From Candidatus Caldarchaeum subterraneum (GTDB lineage Archaea > Thermoproteota > Nitrososphaeria_A > Caldarchaeales > Caldarchaeaceae), in the NCBI GenBank assembly GCA_937934305.1, contig CALHAG010000023.1, forward strand, positions 14,466 through 78,465: a DNA stretch of 64,000 nucleotides. The letters run 5' to 3'. Both the position numbers and the translations under genes were made by a program. Below the pieces are notes generated by a model. That model was not told the DNA's origin. It saw only the letters and a program-made list of their open reading frames with translations, and searched no databases. Positions 54,735 through 63,053 of this stretch are shown here, piece by piece. How positions within the stretch are numbered: the stretch's first letter is position 1; each line of letters starts with the position of its first letter.

Positions 54735-54911
54735 TTAGAAGTCCTCCTTCATCAACGTTTTTCTGCCGTTGGCTTGGCATCTTTTGACGGCCTTTTCTAT
54801 CAATGCTTTGACGGCTTCGTTTAGCCCCTCCAGAGCATCAGAGCCCAGCCTAATGCCCTCGGGCAACGCTTCACGAACTCTTGATTCAATTACGAAAGAT
54901 TCTTTGCCCAT
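54735..54911 (-). CDS. Small histone-fold-like protein (DUF1931-like)
   Basis: 58 aa from MGKESFVIESRVREALPEG..LNEAVKALIEKAVKRCQANGRKTLMKEDF. The ANGRKT..DF ending matches my memory of the family. A TATA-like ATTTAAA at 54943..54951 fits this start better than the track start at 54938. Confidence 0.5.
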   Translation of the reverse strand: MGKESFVIESRVREALPEGIRLGSDALEGLNEAVKALIEKAVKRCQANGRKTLMKEDF

Positions 54912-54985
54912 TTCCTTTCGTTTATATGCTGAAAACACGGTTTAAATCCTTTTTCAACCCCTTTTTTGGCGGTGTTTTCCCGATA

Positions 54986-55291
54986 CTACCGGGGTATTTT
55001 GCCCACCAGCGTGTAGTGGGATACCTTGGGTTTTTCTGCGAGTAGAGGGGCCTCGGTGGGGTGGATGTAGGGTTCTCTCCAATCACCTCCTGTGAACGTC
55101 TTAAGCGACTCGATATCCCTCCACAGCGTCACCACCACTCCAGTAGATGGTTCGCCGTAATCGATTCCGAAGAACGCGTTGAGACAGCCCTCCTGTTTCT
55201 CAAGAATTTGCGTAGCCTCTTTCAAAGCAAACTCCTCAAAGGCTTTCTCCATGCCTTTCTTGAGAGGACACGTCCAGACCCGCAAAATCAT
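54986..55291 (-). CDS. ABM/Dabb-type (antibiotic biosynthesis monooxygenase-like) small alpha+beta barrel protein
   Basis: 101 aa from MILRVWTCPLKKGMEKAFEEF...VVVTLWRDIESLKTFTG. The upstream extension in the ORF track is Cys/Ser/Ala-rich and overlaps the neighbouring gene. Confidence 0.55.
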   Translation of the reverse strand: MILRVWTCPLKKGMEKAFEEFALKEATQILEKQEGCLNAFFGIDYGEPSTGVVVTLWRDIESLKTFTGGDWREPYIHPTEAPLLAEKPKVSHYTLVGKIPR

Positions 55292-55340
55292 GTCCTGCAA
55301 ACATGCATGGGGTTTGATAAACTTTAAAGCAAGAAAGGCT

Positions 55341-55673
55341 GTGGTAGATGCTGTGCAGTATTTTGAGGCTTTTCGACTGGGTGAGGATGTTGCCCAGAGG
55401 GCGCAACATCTCCTGTCCGCATACACCGGAACAGCTTATGCCGCGATGGTTGTGAAGGAGACAGGTGATGGCTGGTCTCCTGTCGGTGAGGAGAATTTTT
55501 TCACAGTGGTTAGGAAGGATGAAAACTTCTCCGTCATAGTAATTTGCGACGGGGACGGCTACGCGAAGGCTATGTCTAACCCAATCCCACACAGGGCTGC
55601 TGAAAGTATCGCAGCTAAGATGGAGAAGGATGGTTTGAAAAAATATTCAGGAAAACTTGTTCTCCCGCTTTAG
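55341..55673 (+). CDS. Hypothetical protein
   Basis: The open frame runs 55179..55673. Earlier starts overlap the ABM-like gene, and the ATG at 55290 would overlap its ATG back-to-back. GTG 55341 lies about 20 nt downstream of the shared TTTAAAG element. No domain recognised, and the start is uncertain. Confidence 0.4.
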   Translation: MVDAVQYFEAFRLGEDVAQRAQHLLSAYTGTAYAAMVVKETGDGWSPVGEENFFTVVRKDENFSVIVICDGDGYAKAMSNPIPHRAAESIAAKMEKDGLKKYSGKLVLPL

Positions 55674-56411
55674 CATCCTCATGAATCTCTCAGCGTCCTC
55701 AGCCATCCACAGGTTGTTGAAAAACACATATCCCTCGTCAAAATCTTTTGCGTAGATTTTCTCGGCGAGGATATGTAGGTCCTCGTCAGTGTATCTGTAT
55801 CTGTAGTTGACCTCGCCTCCGCCGAGCCCATGTAGGCGTGTGTAGAATATTCTGTGTTGGGTTGCTGGCTCGGATTTCAGTATGTCGGTTACATGGATTA
55901 TGCCGTGTTTTTCGCAGACTTTTTGGAGAAAAATTCTGTTTTCTGCCAGCCTGCCTCTTGGCTCCCATGCGATTGTTAGACTGTGTGTCGACGCGTGTTC
56001 AAAGAACTTCATAACGTTTTGTTGGGTTTTTTGGTCGTCGGGCATGGATGCCGGTGTCTGTATTACAACCACACGTGCCTGCATGGCTTTAGCCACCTCC
56101 GCTGTTTTCTCCCATGCCGCGAAGTTCTCTTTCACAGGTCTCAGCCATCCATAACGTGTTGCCTCACTTTTTCCCGGCTTGAGTCCAGCTCTGCGCCAAG
56201 TTGGGCTTGACACCGGATGCGAAACAGCCTGCCAAGCCTTCATGCAGAATACAAAGCCGCTGGGAGCTTTTTCACGCCACCGCGTCACCGTCTCAGTCCT
56301 TGGAAGTTTGTAAAAGGTTTCCTGAATTTCTATGGCGGGAAACTTCTGGAAATAAGCCTCTCTGCCTCCTTTCACAGCCCAGCCGCAACATCCCACCAGG
56401 ATTCTCCGCAT
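55647..56411 (-). CDS. DUF72-family protein
   Basis: 254 aa. ILVGCCGWAVKGGREAYFQKFPAIEIQETFYKLP and later HVTDIL / YTRLHG match the DUF72 TIM-barrel family pattern. Confidence 0.75.
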   Translation of the reverse strand: MRRILVGCCGWAVKGGREAYFQKFPAIEIQETFYKLPRTETVTRWREKAPSGFVFCMKAWQAVSHPVSSPTWRRAGLKPGKSEATRYGWLRPVKENFAAWEKTAEVAKAMQARVVVIQTPASMPDDQKTQQNVMKFFEHASTHSLTIAWEPRGRLAENRIFLQKVCEKHGIIHVTDILKSEPATQHRIFYTRLHGLGGGEVNYRYRYTDEDLHILAEKIYAKDFDEGYVFFNNLWMAEDAERFMRMLKRENKFS

Positions 56412-56445
56412 CCACTTGTGAGAAAAATCTGTTAACCTTTAAGAG

Positions 56446-57471
56446 TTGCACACGGCGTTGAAAGCCTGCGAATTGTTGAGCGATGAACTGCTTCTTAAAA
56501 TGTATCGGGAGATGGTTTTGGCGAGGCTGTTCGACTCGGCTATGGTTAAGCTTCAACGCGCCGGCAAGGTGGCGGCCTACACATCCTCGGAGGGACAGGA
56601 GGCTGTCTCTGTCGCAGCGGTCAACGCCGCCTCGCCGATTGACTGGATATTTCCAACATACCGCGAAACAGGCGCCTTCATAGCACGAGGCGTACCTCTC
56701 GAAACACTGATTGCGAGGCAGCTGGGCCGTGTCGGAGACCCTCTAAAGGGTCACGAGGTTCTGCTTTTCGGAGACAAACGATATAGAATTGTTACCGGCC
56801 CCGGCCCGGTGGCTGCACACATACCTGTGGCCGTAGGATTCGGTTACGCGACAAAGAGAAGAGGAGAGGACTCCGTGATGCTTGTTTTCTTCGGGGACGG
56901 TGCCACATCCAAAGGCGATTTCCACGAGGGACTCAACATGGCCGGCGTACTCAGGACACCCACAATATTTATCTGCCAAAACAACCAATACGCCATATCG
57001 GTTCCTCGACGCCAGCAAACAGCATCCGAAACCTTTGCAGAGAAAGCAGAAGCCTATGGCTTCGAAGGCGTCATAGCAGACGGCAACAATGTTGAAGAGA
57101 TGTACACAATCGTTAGTAAAGCCGTCGAAAAAGCACGCGACGGAGGAGGCCCCACACTAATCGAGGCCATCACATACAGGCTCGCAGCACACTCGACCGC
57201 AGATGACCCGACCAAATACAGAACAGTCCAAGAGGTTGAGATGTGGCGTAGTCGAGACCCTATAACACTTTGTAGAAAACTATTGTTTCAGAGAAGTGTG
57301 CTAAATGAGGAAAAGGACACCATGCTATGGAAAAGCTTAGGACAAATGCTGGAGCAGAAAATCGAAGAAGTAGAAAAGACTCCTGCCATACCTACTTCGG
57401 CCATCTTCGAAGATGTCTACTCGACCCCGCCTTGGCACCTTATAGAAGAGCTCTCCGATGTAAACCTTTAA
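56446..57471 (+). CDS. 2-oxoacid (pyruvate/branched-chain) dehydrogenase E1 component, alpha subunit, ThDP-dependent
   Basis: 341 aa with a TTG start. ThDP motif FFGDGATSKGDFHEGLNMAGVLRTPTIFICQNNQYAIS, plus YRLAAHSTADDP. No E1-beta, E2 or E3 gene follows. Confidence 0.85.
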   Translation: MHTALKACELLSDELLLKMYREMVLARLFDSAMVKLQRAGKVAAYTSSEGQEAVSVAAVNAASPIDWIFPTYRETGAFIARGVPLETLIARQLGRVGDPLKGHEVLLFGDKRYRIVTGPGPVAAHIPVAVGFGYATKRRGEDSVMLVFFGDGATSKGDFHEGLNMAGVLRTPTIFICQNNQYAISVPRRQQTASETFAEKAEAYGFEGVIADGNNVEEMYTIVSKAVEKARDGGGPTLIEAITYRLAAHSTADDPTKYRTVQEVEMWRSRDPITLCRKLLFQRSVLNEEKDTMLWKSLGQMLEQKIEEVEKTPAIPTSAIFEDVYSTPPWHLIEELSDVNL

Positions 57472-57473
57472 GC
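57462..57473 (+). promoter_or_regulatory. Candidate TATA element for the SRP RNA gene, overlapping the E1-alpha stop codon
   Basis: AAACCTTTAAGC is centred about 28 nt upstream of the first paired base of the SRP RNA (57496). Confidence 0.3.
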
Positions 57474-57495
57474 ACGCCTAGCAGTAAAACAGTTT

Positions 57496-57821
57496 GGTGG
57501 CGGCGGGAAAGGCCGGGGAGCTAGCCCTTCCCTCCACCCGAAACGGGCTTCATGCGGGGGCCGGATAACCCGCGGGGGCGCGTGCGGCCGGCCCGCCTAC
57601 TCGGCTGCGGGGAGGCGATGAGGATGCGCCGGATGGGGGCGTCGTAGACGGGTAAAGCCTCTGTAGGGAGGCTCCAACCGTCGCATGCGTCGAACCGTGT
57701 CAGGCCCGGGAGGGAGCAGCACTAAGACGCGGCGGCGCAGCCCATCCACAAGCGTGTCCAAGCATGTCCGCAGCATGGGAGCGGGTGCGGGTCCATGCCA
57801 CCCCGGGGAGCCGCCGCCACC
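57496..57821 (+). ncRNA. Signal recognition particle RNA (archaeal 7S RNA)
   Basis: The 5' GGTGGCGGCGG pairs with the 3' CCGCCGCCACC. The region is markedly GC-rich compared with its neighbours. GTCAGGCCCGGGAGGGAGCAGC matches the conserved helix-8 SRP54-binding motif (GUCAGGUCCGGAAGGAAGCAGC). At about 326 nt, the length is typical of archaeal SRP RNA. Ends are approximate to a few nt. Confidence 0.85.
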
Positions 57822-57869
57822 TATCATTCACCAACCATATATACACCATGTCCCAAGACTTTGAGGGAA

Positions 57870-58412
57870 ATGTTGCAGGGGTTCAGGAGCTTTTTGCTCA
57901 GACGTTTCCTTGCAGCAATCGTTGCGACAGCGCTGTTGATAGGGTTGTTGGCTGCGGCCGCGCTGGCCCCGATGCCGCTTGTCGACGCGGAGGCTTTGGT
58001 GAACCAGTTTGAGGAAATGCTGCCGAGGCTCACCGAGACACCGGTTATGATTTTCCTTAACAACTTGGCCGCATCGCTTTTGATGATGATTCCTGTGCTG
58101 GGAATGGCCCTTGCAGGGCTAATAGTATACAACACTGGAGCGGTGATAGGTGCTTTCTCAGCGGTCTCAAATATTCCAGTGGCCTTCCTTCTGCTCATCC
58201 CCTTCATCACTGTCTACGGATTCATCGAGATGCTGGCATACGGGTTCGCCGTGTCGCAAGGCTTTTTCTTAACCACTTCAGCTTTCAAAAAACAGTTGAA
58301 AAAAGAGGTGCGTAGCCTGCCATACACAGTCGCTGTCGTTGTCTTGCTGCTTCTTGTCGGCGCAGTGCTTGAATGGATTTTGATTAGATTGGGTTCGGCG
58401 TTAATGACTTGA
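57870..58412 (+). CDS. SpoIIM-like (DUF95) integral membrane protein
   Basis: About 180 aa from MLQGFRSFLLRRFL. Polytopic, with FLNNLAASLLMMIPVLG and YGFIEMLAYGFAVSQG resembling the DUF95 core. The track start at 57795 lies inside the SRP RNA. Confidence 0.6.
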   Translation: MLQGFRSFLLRRFLAAIVATALLIGLLAAAALAPMPLVDAEALVNQFEEMLPRLTETPVMIFLNNLAASLLMMIPVLGMALAGLIVYNTGAVIGAFSAVSNIPVAFLLLIPFITVYGFIEMLAYGFAVSQGFFLTTSAFKKQLKKEVRSLPYTVAVVVLLLLVGAVLEWILIRLGSALMT

Positions 58413-59097
58413 AGAGATATGCCATCACATCGCCGGCCAATAGGTTGAAGAAATATCCGGCTGTGAAGAAGACTAGCAATGGGATACCAGGTGTGACCCA
58501 GACATCGTCTCTGTCGACCTTTTCAAGCTCCTCGATACCTATGTTGAACCTGAATCTTCTAACCCCGTTTTCGACGGACTCGATTACTCCCCAGAAGTTC
58601 TTTCCCGCAGCCTTCTTCATCCGTGTCCCCAGAAAAAGCGCCGCCAGCTTTCTCAAACCCTTCTCACCGTCGAAGCCTGAGAAAATTTTTTCACCACGTA
58701 AGAGCCTATAGCTGTTGAAAGCCGCGAAGAACAGCGGGAGGCTAAGTGAGAATATCATGCCGTTTGTGAGAACCGTCAACGCGGTTACTCCATGAAGCTG
58801 AAGACCGGTGTATGAAAAGGGCTGAACCAGGGCTATGGTGACAAGAGCCTTGGCGTCAGCACCTCCATACAAACCCGCGTAGTAGAGAGCGAATCCTACA
58901 CCGGCGGAGACAAGAACAGCAGCCCCATATCTCGCCAGATAATCAAGCCCAAGAACATAAACTGTGTATATGTTGAGCAAGAGACCGAGTATAGATGGGA
59001 ATATCCAGACGATGTCATCGACCTCTCTTTTCCTGATGTCAAGATAAGAGGAGTAGAGTAGTGTGAGAGAGACTATCGCTGTCGACCACGGCTCCAT
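58384..59097 (-). CDS. A24-family aspartic peptidase (prepilin/pre-archaellin peptidase, PibD/FlaK-like)
   Basis: 237 aa and polytopic. First catalytic Asp in SYLDIRKREVDD, second in LYGGADAKAL (GxGDxK-type). Confidence 0.8.
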   Translation of the reverse strand: MEPWSTAIVSLTLLYSSYLDIRKREVDDIVWIFPSILGLLLNIYTVYVLGLDYLARYGAAVLVSAGVGFALYYAGLYGGADAKALVTIALVQPFSYTGLQLHGVTALTVLTNGMIFSLSLPLFFAAFNSYRLLRGEKIFSGFDGEKGLRKLAALFLGTRMKKAAGKNFWGVIESVENGVRRFRFNIGIEELEKVDRDDVWVTPGIPLLVFFTAGYFFNLLAGDVMAYLFKSLTPNPI

Positions 59098-59102
59098 CTT
59101 GC

Positions 59103-60356
59103 TTAGGGCCAGATGCCGAGGTAATTTATTGCTTCCGCTACCCTGTCCACCGCAAATATTAATGCTCCCAGTCGAAGCGGTGTCTCATATTTTTTGGAGG
59201 TGTTCATCACGTCGTGGAACCCTTTCACCATCTTCGCCTCTAGTTTTGCATGCACCTCCTCAAGCGTCAATGTTTCTCTTTTTAGGTTCTGCACCCACTC
59301 GAGGTAGCTGACAGTCACGCCGCCGGCGTTGGACAAGATGTCGGGGATCACCGGTATTTTTCTCTCGAACAAAATCTTGTCAGCCTCAGATGTTGTTGGG
59401 CCGTTGGCGCCTTCGACAATCAGCTTCGCCTCAACCTTTTCAGCTATCTCTTTTGTTATACTGTTTTCGAGAGCCGCGGGGATTAGGATGTCGCAGGGTG
59501 TTGTGAGGAGCTCTTCATTTGTGAGAAGTTTTGAGCCTGGGAAGTTGATGACTGAGCCTGTTTTCTGCTTGTGTTCCAAAATCTTGTCGGGATGGGCGCC
59601 GTCTGCCACGTAGATTCCTCCCTTCGAGTCGCTTACCGCGACTATTTTTGCGCCATACTCTTCATGGAGGATTTTGGCAGCGTTGTATCCCACGTTGCCG
59701 TATCCCTGTATGACGACCCTGGCATCTTTGAGTGGTTTGTTGATTGTTTTGAAGTATTCTCTAATGATATATACGGCTCCCCTCGATGTTGCATCATGTC
59801 TGCCGAGGCTTCCATATAGGCTGATTGGCTTCCCCGTCGCAACCTCCGGCGTGAAAACACCTCTCATCATGCTGTAGGTATCCACCATCCAAGCCATGGT
59901 CTGGGCGTCGGTGTAGACATCGGGCCCGGGAATGTCGAGATAAGGCCCAATAATTTCATATATCATCGCAGTATATCGTCTAGTGATTTTTTCCAGCTCA
60001 TTTTTAGAGAGGTTCTTGGGGTCGCATGCAACACCGCCCTTAGCCCCGCCGTAGGGCAGGTCTGTGACGGCGCATTTGAAAGTCATCAACATCGCTAGGG
60101 CTGTAACCTCTTCAACATCGACCGAGGGATAATATCGTATGCCGCCTTTGTAGGGACCTCTTGCGTTGTTATGCTGCACACGAATCCCTGTGAAAACCCT
60201 CAAAGACCCGTCATCCATCTTCACCGGCACAGAAACAACCACCACCCTCTTAGGCTTCTTCAAGACATCATGAATACCTGAGTCGAGGTTCAGATAATCT
60301 GCAGCATTCTTAAGCATGTACAACACGTTGTTTAAAAAAGCCTCACCACCGCTCAT
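59103..60356 (-). CDS. gdhA: Glutamate dehydrogenase (canonical hexameric type)
   Basis: 417 aa. KGGIRYYPSVDVEEV, LPYGGAKGGVACDP, Rossmann segment VIQGYGNVGYNAA, and C-terminal VSYLEWVQN. Confidence 0.9.
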   Translation of the reverse strand: MSGGEAFLNNVLYMLKNAADYLNLDSGIHDVLKKPKRVVVVSVPVKMDDGSLRVFTGIRVQHNNARGPYKGGIRYYPSVDVEEVTALAMLMTFKCAVTDLPYGGAKGGVACDPKNLSKNELEKITRRYTAMIYEIIGPYLDIPGPDVYTDAQTMAWMVDTYSMMRGVFTPEVATGKPISLYGSLGRHDATSRGAVYIIREYFKTINKPLKDARVVIQGYGNVGYNAAKILHEEYGAKIVAVSDSKGGIYVADGAHPDKILEHKQKTGSVINFPGSKLLTNEELLTTPCDILIPAALENSITKEIAEKVEAKLIVEGANGPTTSEADKILFERKIPVIPDILSNAGGVTVSYLEWVQNLKRETLTLEEVHAKLEAKMVKGFHDVMNTSKKYETPLRLGALIFAVDRVAEAINYLGIWP

Positions 60357-60380
60357 ATCAACACAAATTAGGTAAATCCG

Positions 60381-60419
60381 TTATATAGTGTTTCCATTGA
60401 GGGCATGAATTAATATAAG
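60381..60419. promoter_or_regulatory. Candidate divergent promoter pair (gdhA / phosphoribosyltransferase)
   Basis: TTATATA at 60381..60387 lies 25-31 nt from the gdhA ATG (60356). ATTAATATAAG at 60409..60419 lies 20-30 nt from the ATG at 60439. This is consistent with leaderless transcripts on both sides. Confidence 0.35.
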
Positions 60420-60438
60420 TCCACCCAATCTTTGAGAC

Positions 60439-61044
60439 ATGGAGATAAAGTCGGTCGGCGGCAGAAAATTTCTTGTTCTTAGCTGGAGAGATGTGGAACT
60501 TGGAGCAGATGCGTTGGCTGAGAAGATCGTGGACGGGCGATGTTCTGTCGACACCATTATCGGGGTTTTGAGAGGCGGCATGATTGTGGCCGATTTTTTG
60601 TCGGACATTCTTGATGTGAGGGAGGTGTATGTAATAGGCTGCAGGTCATACACGGGAACCGTGTCAACAGAGTTGAAGATTTACCACGACCTTGCGCTTG
60701 ACAGGCTTGATGGCAGGAACGTTCTATTGGTGGATGACGTGGCCGACACAGGCTCAACTCTCGACGCCGCGGTGGAGAAAATCCTCAAACCACGTAACCC
60801 AGAGAGAGTTACAACAGCCACCCTCTTGAAAAAACCATGGAGCAGATACACACCAGACTACTACGTTGAAGAGACCGATGCGTGGATTGTTTTTCCATGG
60901 GAGAGAGTCGAAGCTGTAAAAACCGTGGGAAAAATTTTTGTCGAGAACATGGGTTTCGATGTGGCGGTAGATGAACTGGCCACGCTCTCCCGACTAGCTA
61001 GAGAAAAAGTTCTTTCTGTAATCAAGCCTTTGCAACGGACTTAA
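60439..61044 (+). CDS. Purine (hypoxanthine/xanthine/guanine-type) phosphoribosyltransferase
   Basis: 201 aa with the PRPP-binding motif VLLVDDVADTGSTL. The short type-I PRTase layout resembles archaeal Gpt/Hpt enzymes. Confidence 0.7.
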   Translation: MEIKSVGGRKFLVLSWRDVELGADALAEKIVDGRCSVDTIIGVLRGGMIVADFLSDILDVREVYVIGCRSYTGTVSTELKIYHDLALDRLDGRNVLLVDDVADTGSTLDAAVEKILKPRNPERVTTATLLKKPWSRYTPDYYVEETDAWIVFPWERVEAVKTVGKIFVENMGFDVAVDELATLSRLAREKVLSVIKPLQRT

Positions 61045-61074
61045 TAGATAGAGTCTTTCTCACATCGACGGGAC

Positions 61075-62346
61075 ATGCCCCAGAAAGTTTACGCCGAGGT
61101 CTATGGATGCTCGGCCAACCAAGCCGACGGTGAAATAGCTCTCGGACTTTTGCAGAGACAGGGGTATAGCTTGGTGGAGCGTCCCAATGAAGCCGACTAT
61201 GTTGTTCTCGTGACCTGCGCAGTCAAGAAACCCACCGCAGACCGGATGATTCACCGGATTAAGAAATTCTCCAGCCTCGGTCCACGACTGATAGTGGCCG
61301 GCTGCATGGCAACCGGAGAAGCTGAAAGGGTTAGACAGGTGGCGCCGAAGGCTGTGTTGCTACCGCCACGCAGCATTACACAGGTGTCTGCGGCGATAGA
61401 GGGCCGTGGTTTCGATGGTGCGGGCGTGAAGCTGGGGTTGCCGAGGGTGAGGAAGAACCCGGTTGTAGCTATTATTCCGGTTTCGGAGGGATGTAGGTGG
61501 AGCCGCTGCAGCTTCTGCATAGTTCCCCGCTCAAGGCCCGGCTATGAAAGCTATCCTGTCCGCGCGGTTGTGGATGAGGTGCGGAAAGCCGTCGACGAGG
61601 GATGTCGGGAGGTGTGGCTGACAAGCCAAGACATGGGTAGCTATGGTCTGGAGTCGGGGCGTAATCTTTTACCCGAGCTAATCGAGGCCGTCAACTCTGT
61701 TGAAGGAAAGTTTTACACACGTGTCGGCATGATGAACCCCATCTACCTCAAACCCATACTCGAAAAACTCGTCAAAGCATACAGAGGCGAGAAGATCTAC
61801 AAGTTTATCCACGTACCTGTCCAGTCAGGCTCCGACAAGGTGTTGAAAGACATGAACAGGGGCCATAGCGTCCAACACTTTTACCAGGTTGTTGAGGCTT
61901 TCAGGAGATGGTTCCCAAGCATAACGGTCTCCACCGACTTGATAATAGGATACCCCACCGAGACCGATGAAGATTTTGAACAGACCCTTAGGCTTGTTGA
62001 AAAAACCCGACCAGCGGTCGTGAACGTTTCGAGATATTTTCCACGGCCTGGAACACCGGGGGAAGGTCTCAAACCACTTCCACCCAACCTCGTGTCCCGC
62101 CGAGTATCAGAGCTTAACGACCTACTGGCCAGAATCCAGCTTGAAAGCAACGAGCACTGGCTCGGATGGGTTGGAGAAGTATTGATCGACGAAGTCGGCA
62201 GGAGAGGAAAGATGGTTGGCAGAAACTTTGCCTACCGCCCCATTGTCCTGGATGCTCCGCGTGAGTCTTTGGGCAAGTTTGTTGAGGCCGAGGTCGTTGA
62301 TGTAGAGAAAAATTATCTACTGGGCAGAGTTTTATCCGGATGTTGA
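61075..62346 (+). CDS. MiaB/MtaB-like radical-SAM methylthiotransferase (archaeal-eukaryal type)
   Basis: 423 aa. N-terminal UPF0004 domain (VYAEVYGCSANQAD...LVTCAV...GC), radical-SAM segment SEGCRWSRCSFCIVP, and a C-terminal TRAM-like end (VEAEVVDVEKNYLLGRV). Confidence 0.8.
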   Translation: MPQKVYAEVYGCSANQADGEIALGLLQRQGYSLVERPNEADYVVLVTCAVKKPTADRMIHRIKKFSSLGPRLIVAGCMATGEAERVRQVAPKAVLLPPRSITQVSAAIEGRGFDGAGVKLGLPRVRKNPVVAIIPVSEGCRWSRCSFCIVPRSRPGYESYPVRAVVDEVRKAVDEGCREVWLTSQDMGSYGLESGRNLLPELIEAVNSVEGKFYTRVGMMNPIYLKPILEKLVKAYRGEKIYKFIHVPVQSGSDKVLKDMNRGHSVQHFYQVVEAFRRWFPSITVSTDLIIGYPTETDEDFEQTLRLVEKTRPAVVNVSRYFPRPGTPGEGLKPLPPNLVSRRVSELNDLLARIQLESNEHWLGWVGEVLIDEVGRRGKMVGRNFAYRPIVLDAPRESLGKFVEAEVVDVEKNYLLGRVLSGC

Positions 62347-62958
62347 CTCAGGTAACGGCCCTTCTTCGACTGTGACAATTCCCTGCATCCATGGATGAGG
62401 TGTGCAGTGATAGGGATATATGCCTGCTCTGCCGAAAGTGAAGACCCAAGTCTCTTTTGGACCAAATAATCCCGAGTCGAAAAGCCCTTGGTCAGAGGTA
62501 ACAGTGTGTGCTACGTTCACCTGCTCACCGTTTACCCATATGACGGTGCTGTTGTAGCCGGCCAAAACCTTCACATTCGCCGGTGAATATGTCTCTGTCG
62601 CAGTTGGGTCGAAGGAGCCCGGCAATATTACTATTGTTACGTTGAACGGCGTGGGGCCTGTCAAGCCAATTTCTTCAATCTTCATGAAGGGACCTATTTG
62701 TAGTGCCGCCGAAACCAGAACGAAGGAGACAAGGCCTATGCCTAGGAAGCTTAGAGCGTAGACTTTTCCTCCCGTCAAGACAGGTAAGCCGCCTCGGAAC
62801 AAGCCGATGGGCAGCATTACAATCCCTAGAGCAAGCAGGAATCCTGAAAACTCCGCGAGAGGCCTCATAGTCTCGCTTATCCCCATAGACGGTATGAAAA
62901 TCCCCGCAACCCCCATGATTATGAAGAGTATGGCAACAGCGAGGATTGTCTCGTCCAT
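62332..62958 (-). CDS. Membrane-anchored cupredoxin (amicyanin/plastocyanin-like type-1 copper protein)
   Basis: 208 aa. Three N-terminal TM helices, then a beta-sandwich ending in YPYHCTPHPWMQG. This is the Cys-x2-His-x2-Met ligand loop seen in amicyanin (CTPHPFM), with an upstream His in VAHTVT. Confidence 0.75.
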   Translation of the reverse strand: MDETILAVAILFIIMGVAGIFIPSMGISETMRPLAEFSGFLLALGIVMLPIGLFRGGLPVLTGGKVYALSFLGIGLVSFVLVSAALQIGPFMKIEEIGLTGPTPFNVTIVILPGSFDPTATETYSPANVKVLAGYNSTVIWVNGEQVNVAHTVTSDQGLFDSGLFGPKETWVFTFGRAGIYPYHCTPHPWMQGIVTVEEGPLPESTSG

Positions 62959-63053
62959 GTCAAGAGAAATGGTTTGGCGATTTTTAAGTTATAATCTGTT
63001 TCAAAGCGATTGGAGGGAGTATAATAACGGGATGTATTTAGGGATGTTGAGCG

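Noticed and set aside
57597-58012. ORFs 57597..57827 (-) and 57764..58012 (+), and the 57795 start of the DUF95 ORF.
   Set aside because: They overlap the SRP RNA, which is GC-rich, base-paired at its ends and carries the conserved helix-8 motif. Their translations are Arg/Pro/Gly-rich. The membrane protein more plausibly starts at the ATG at 57870.
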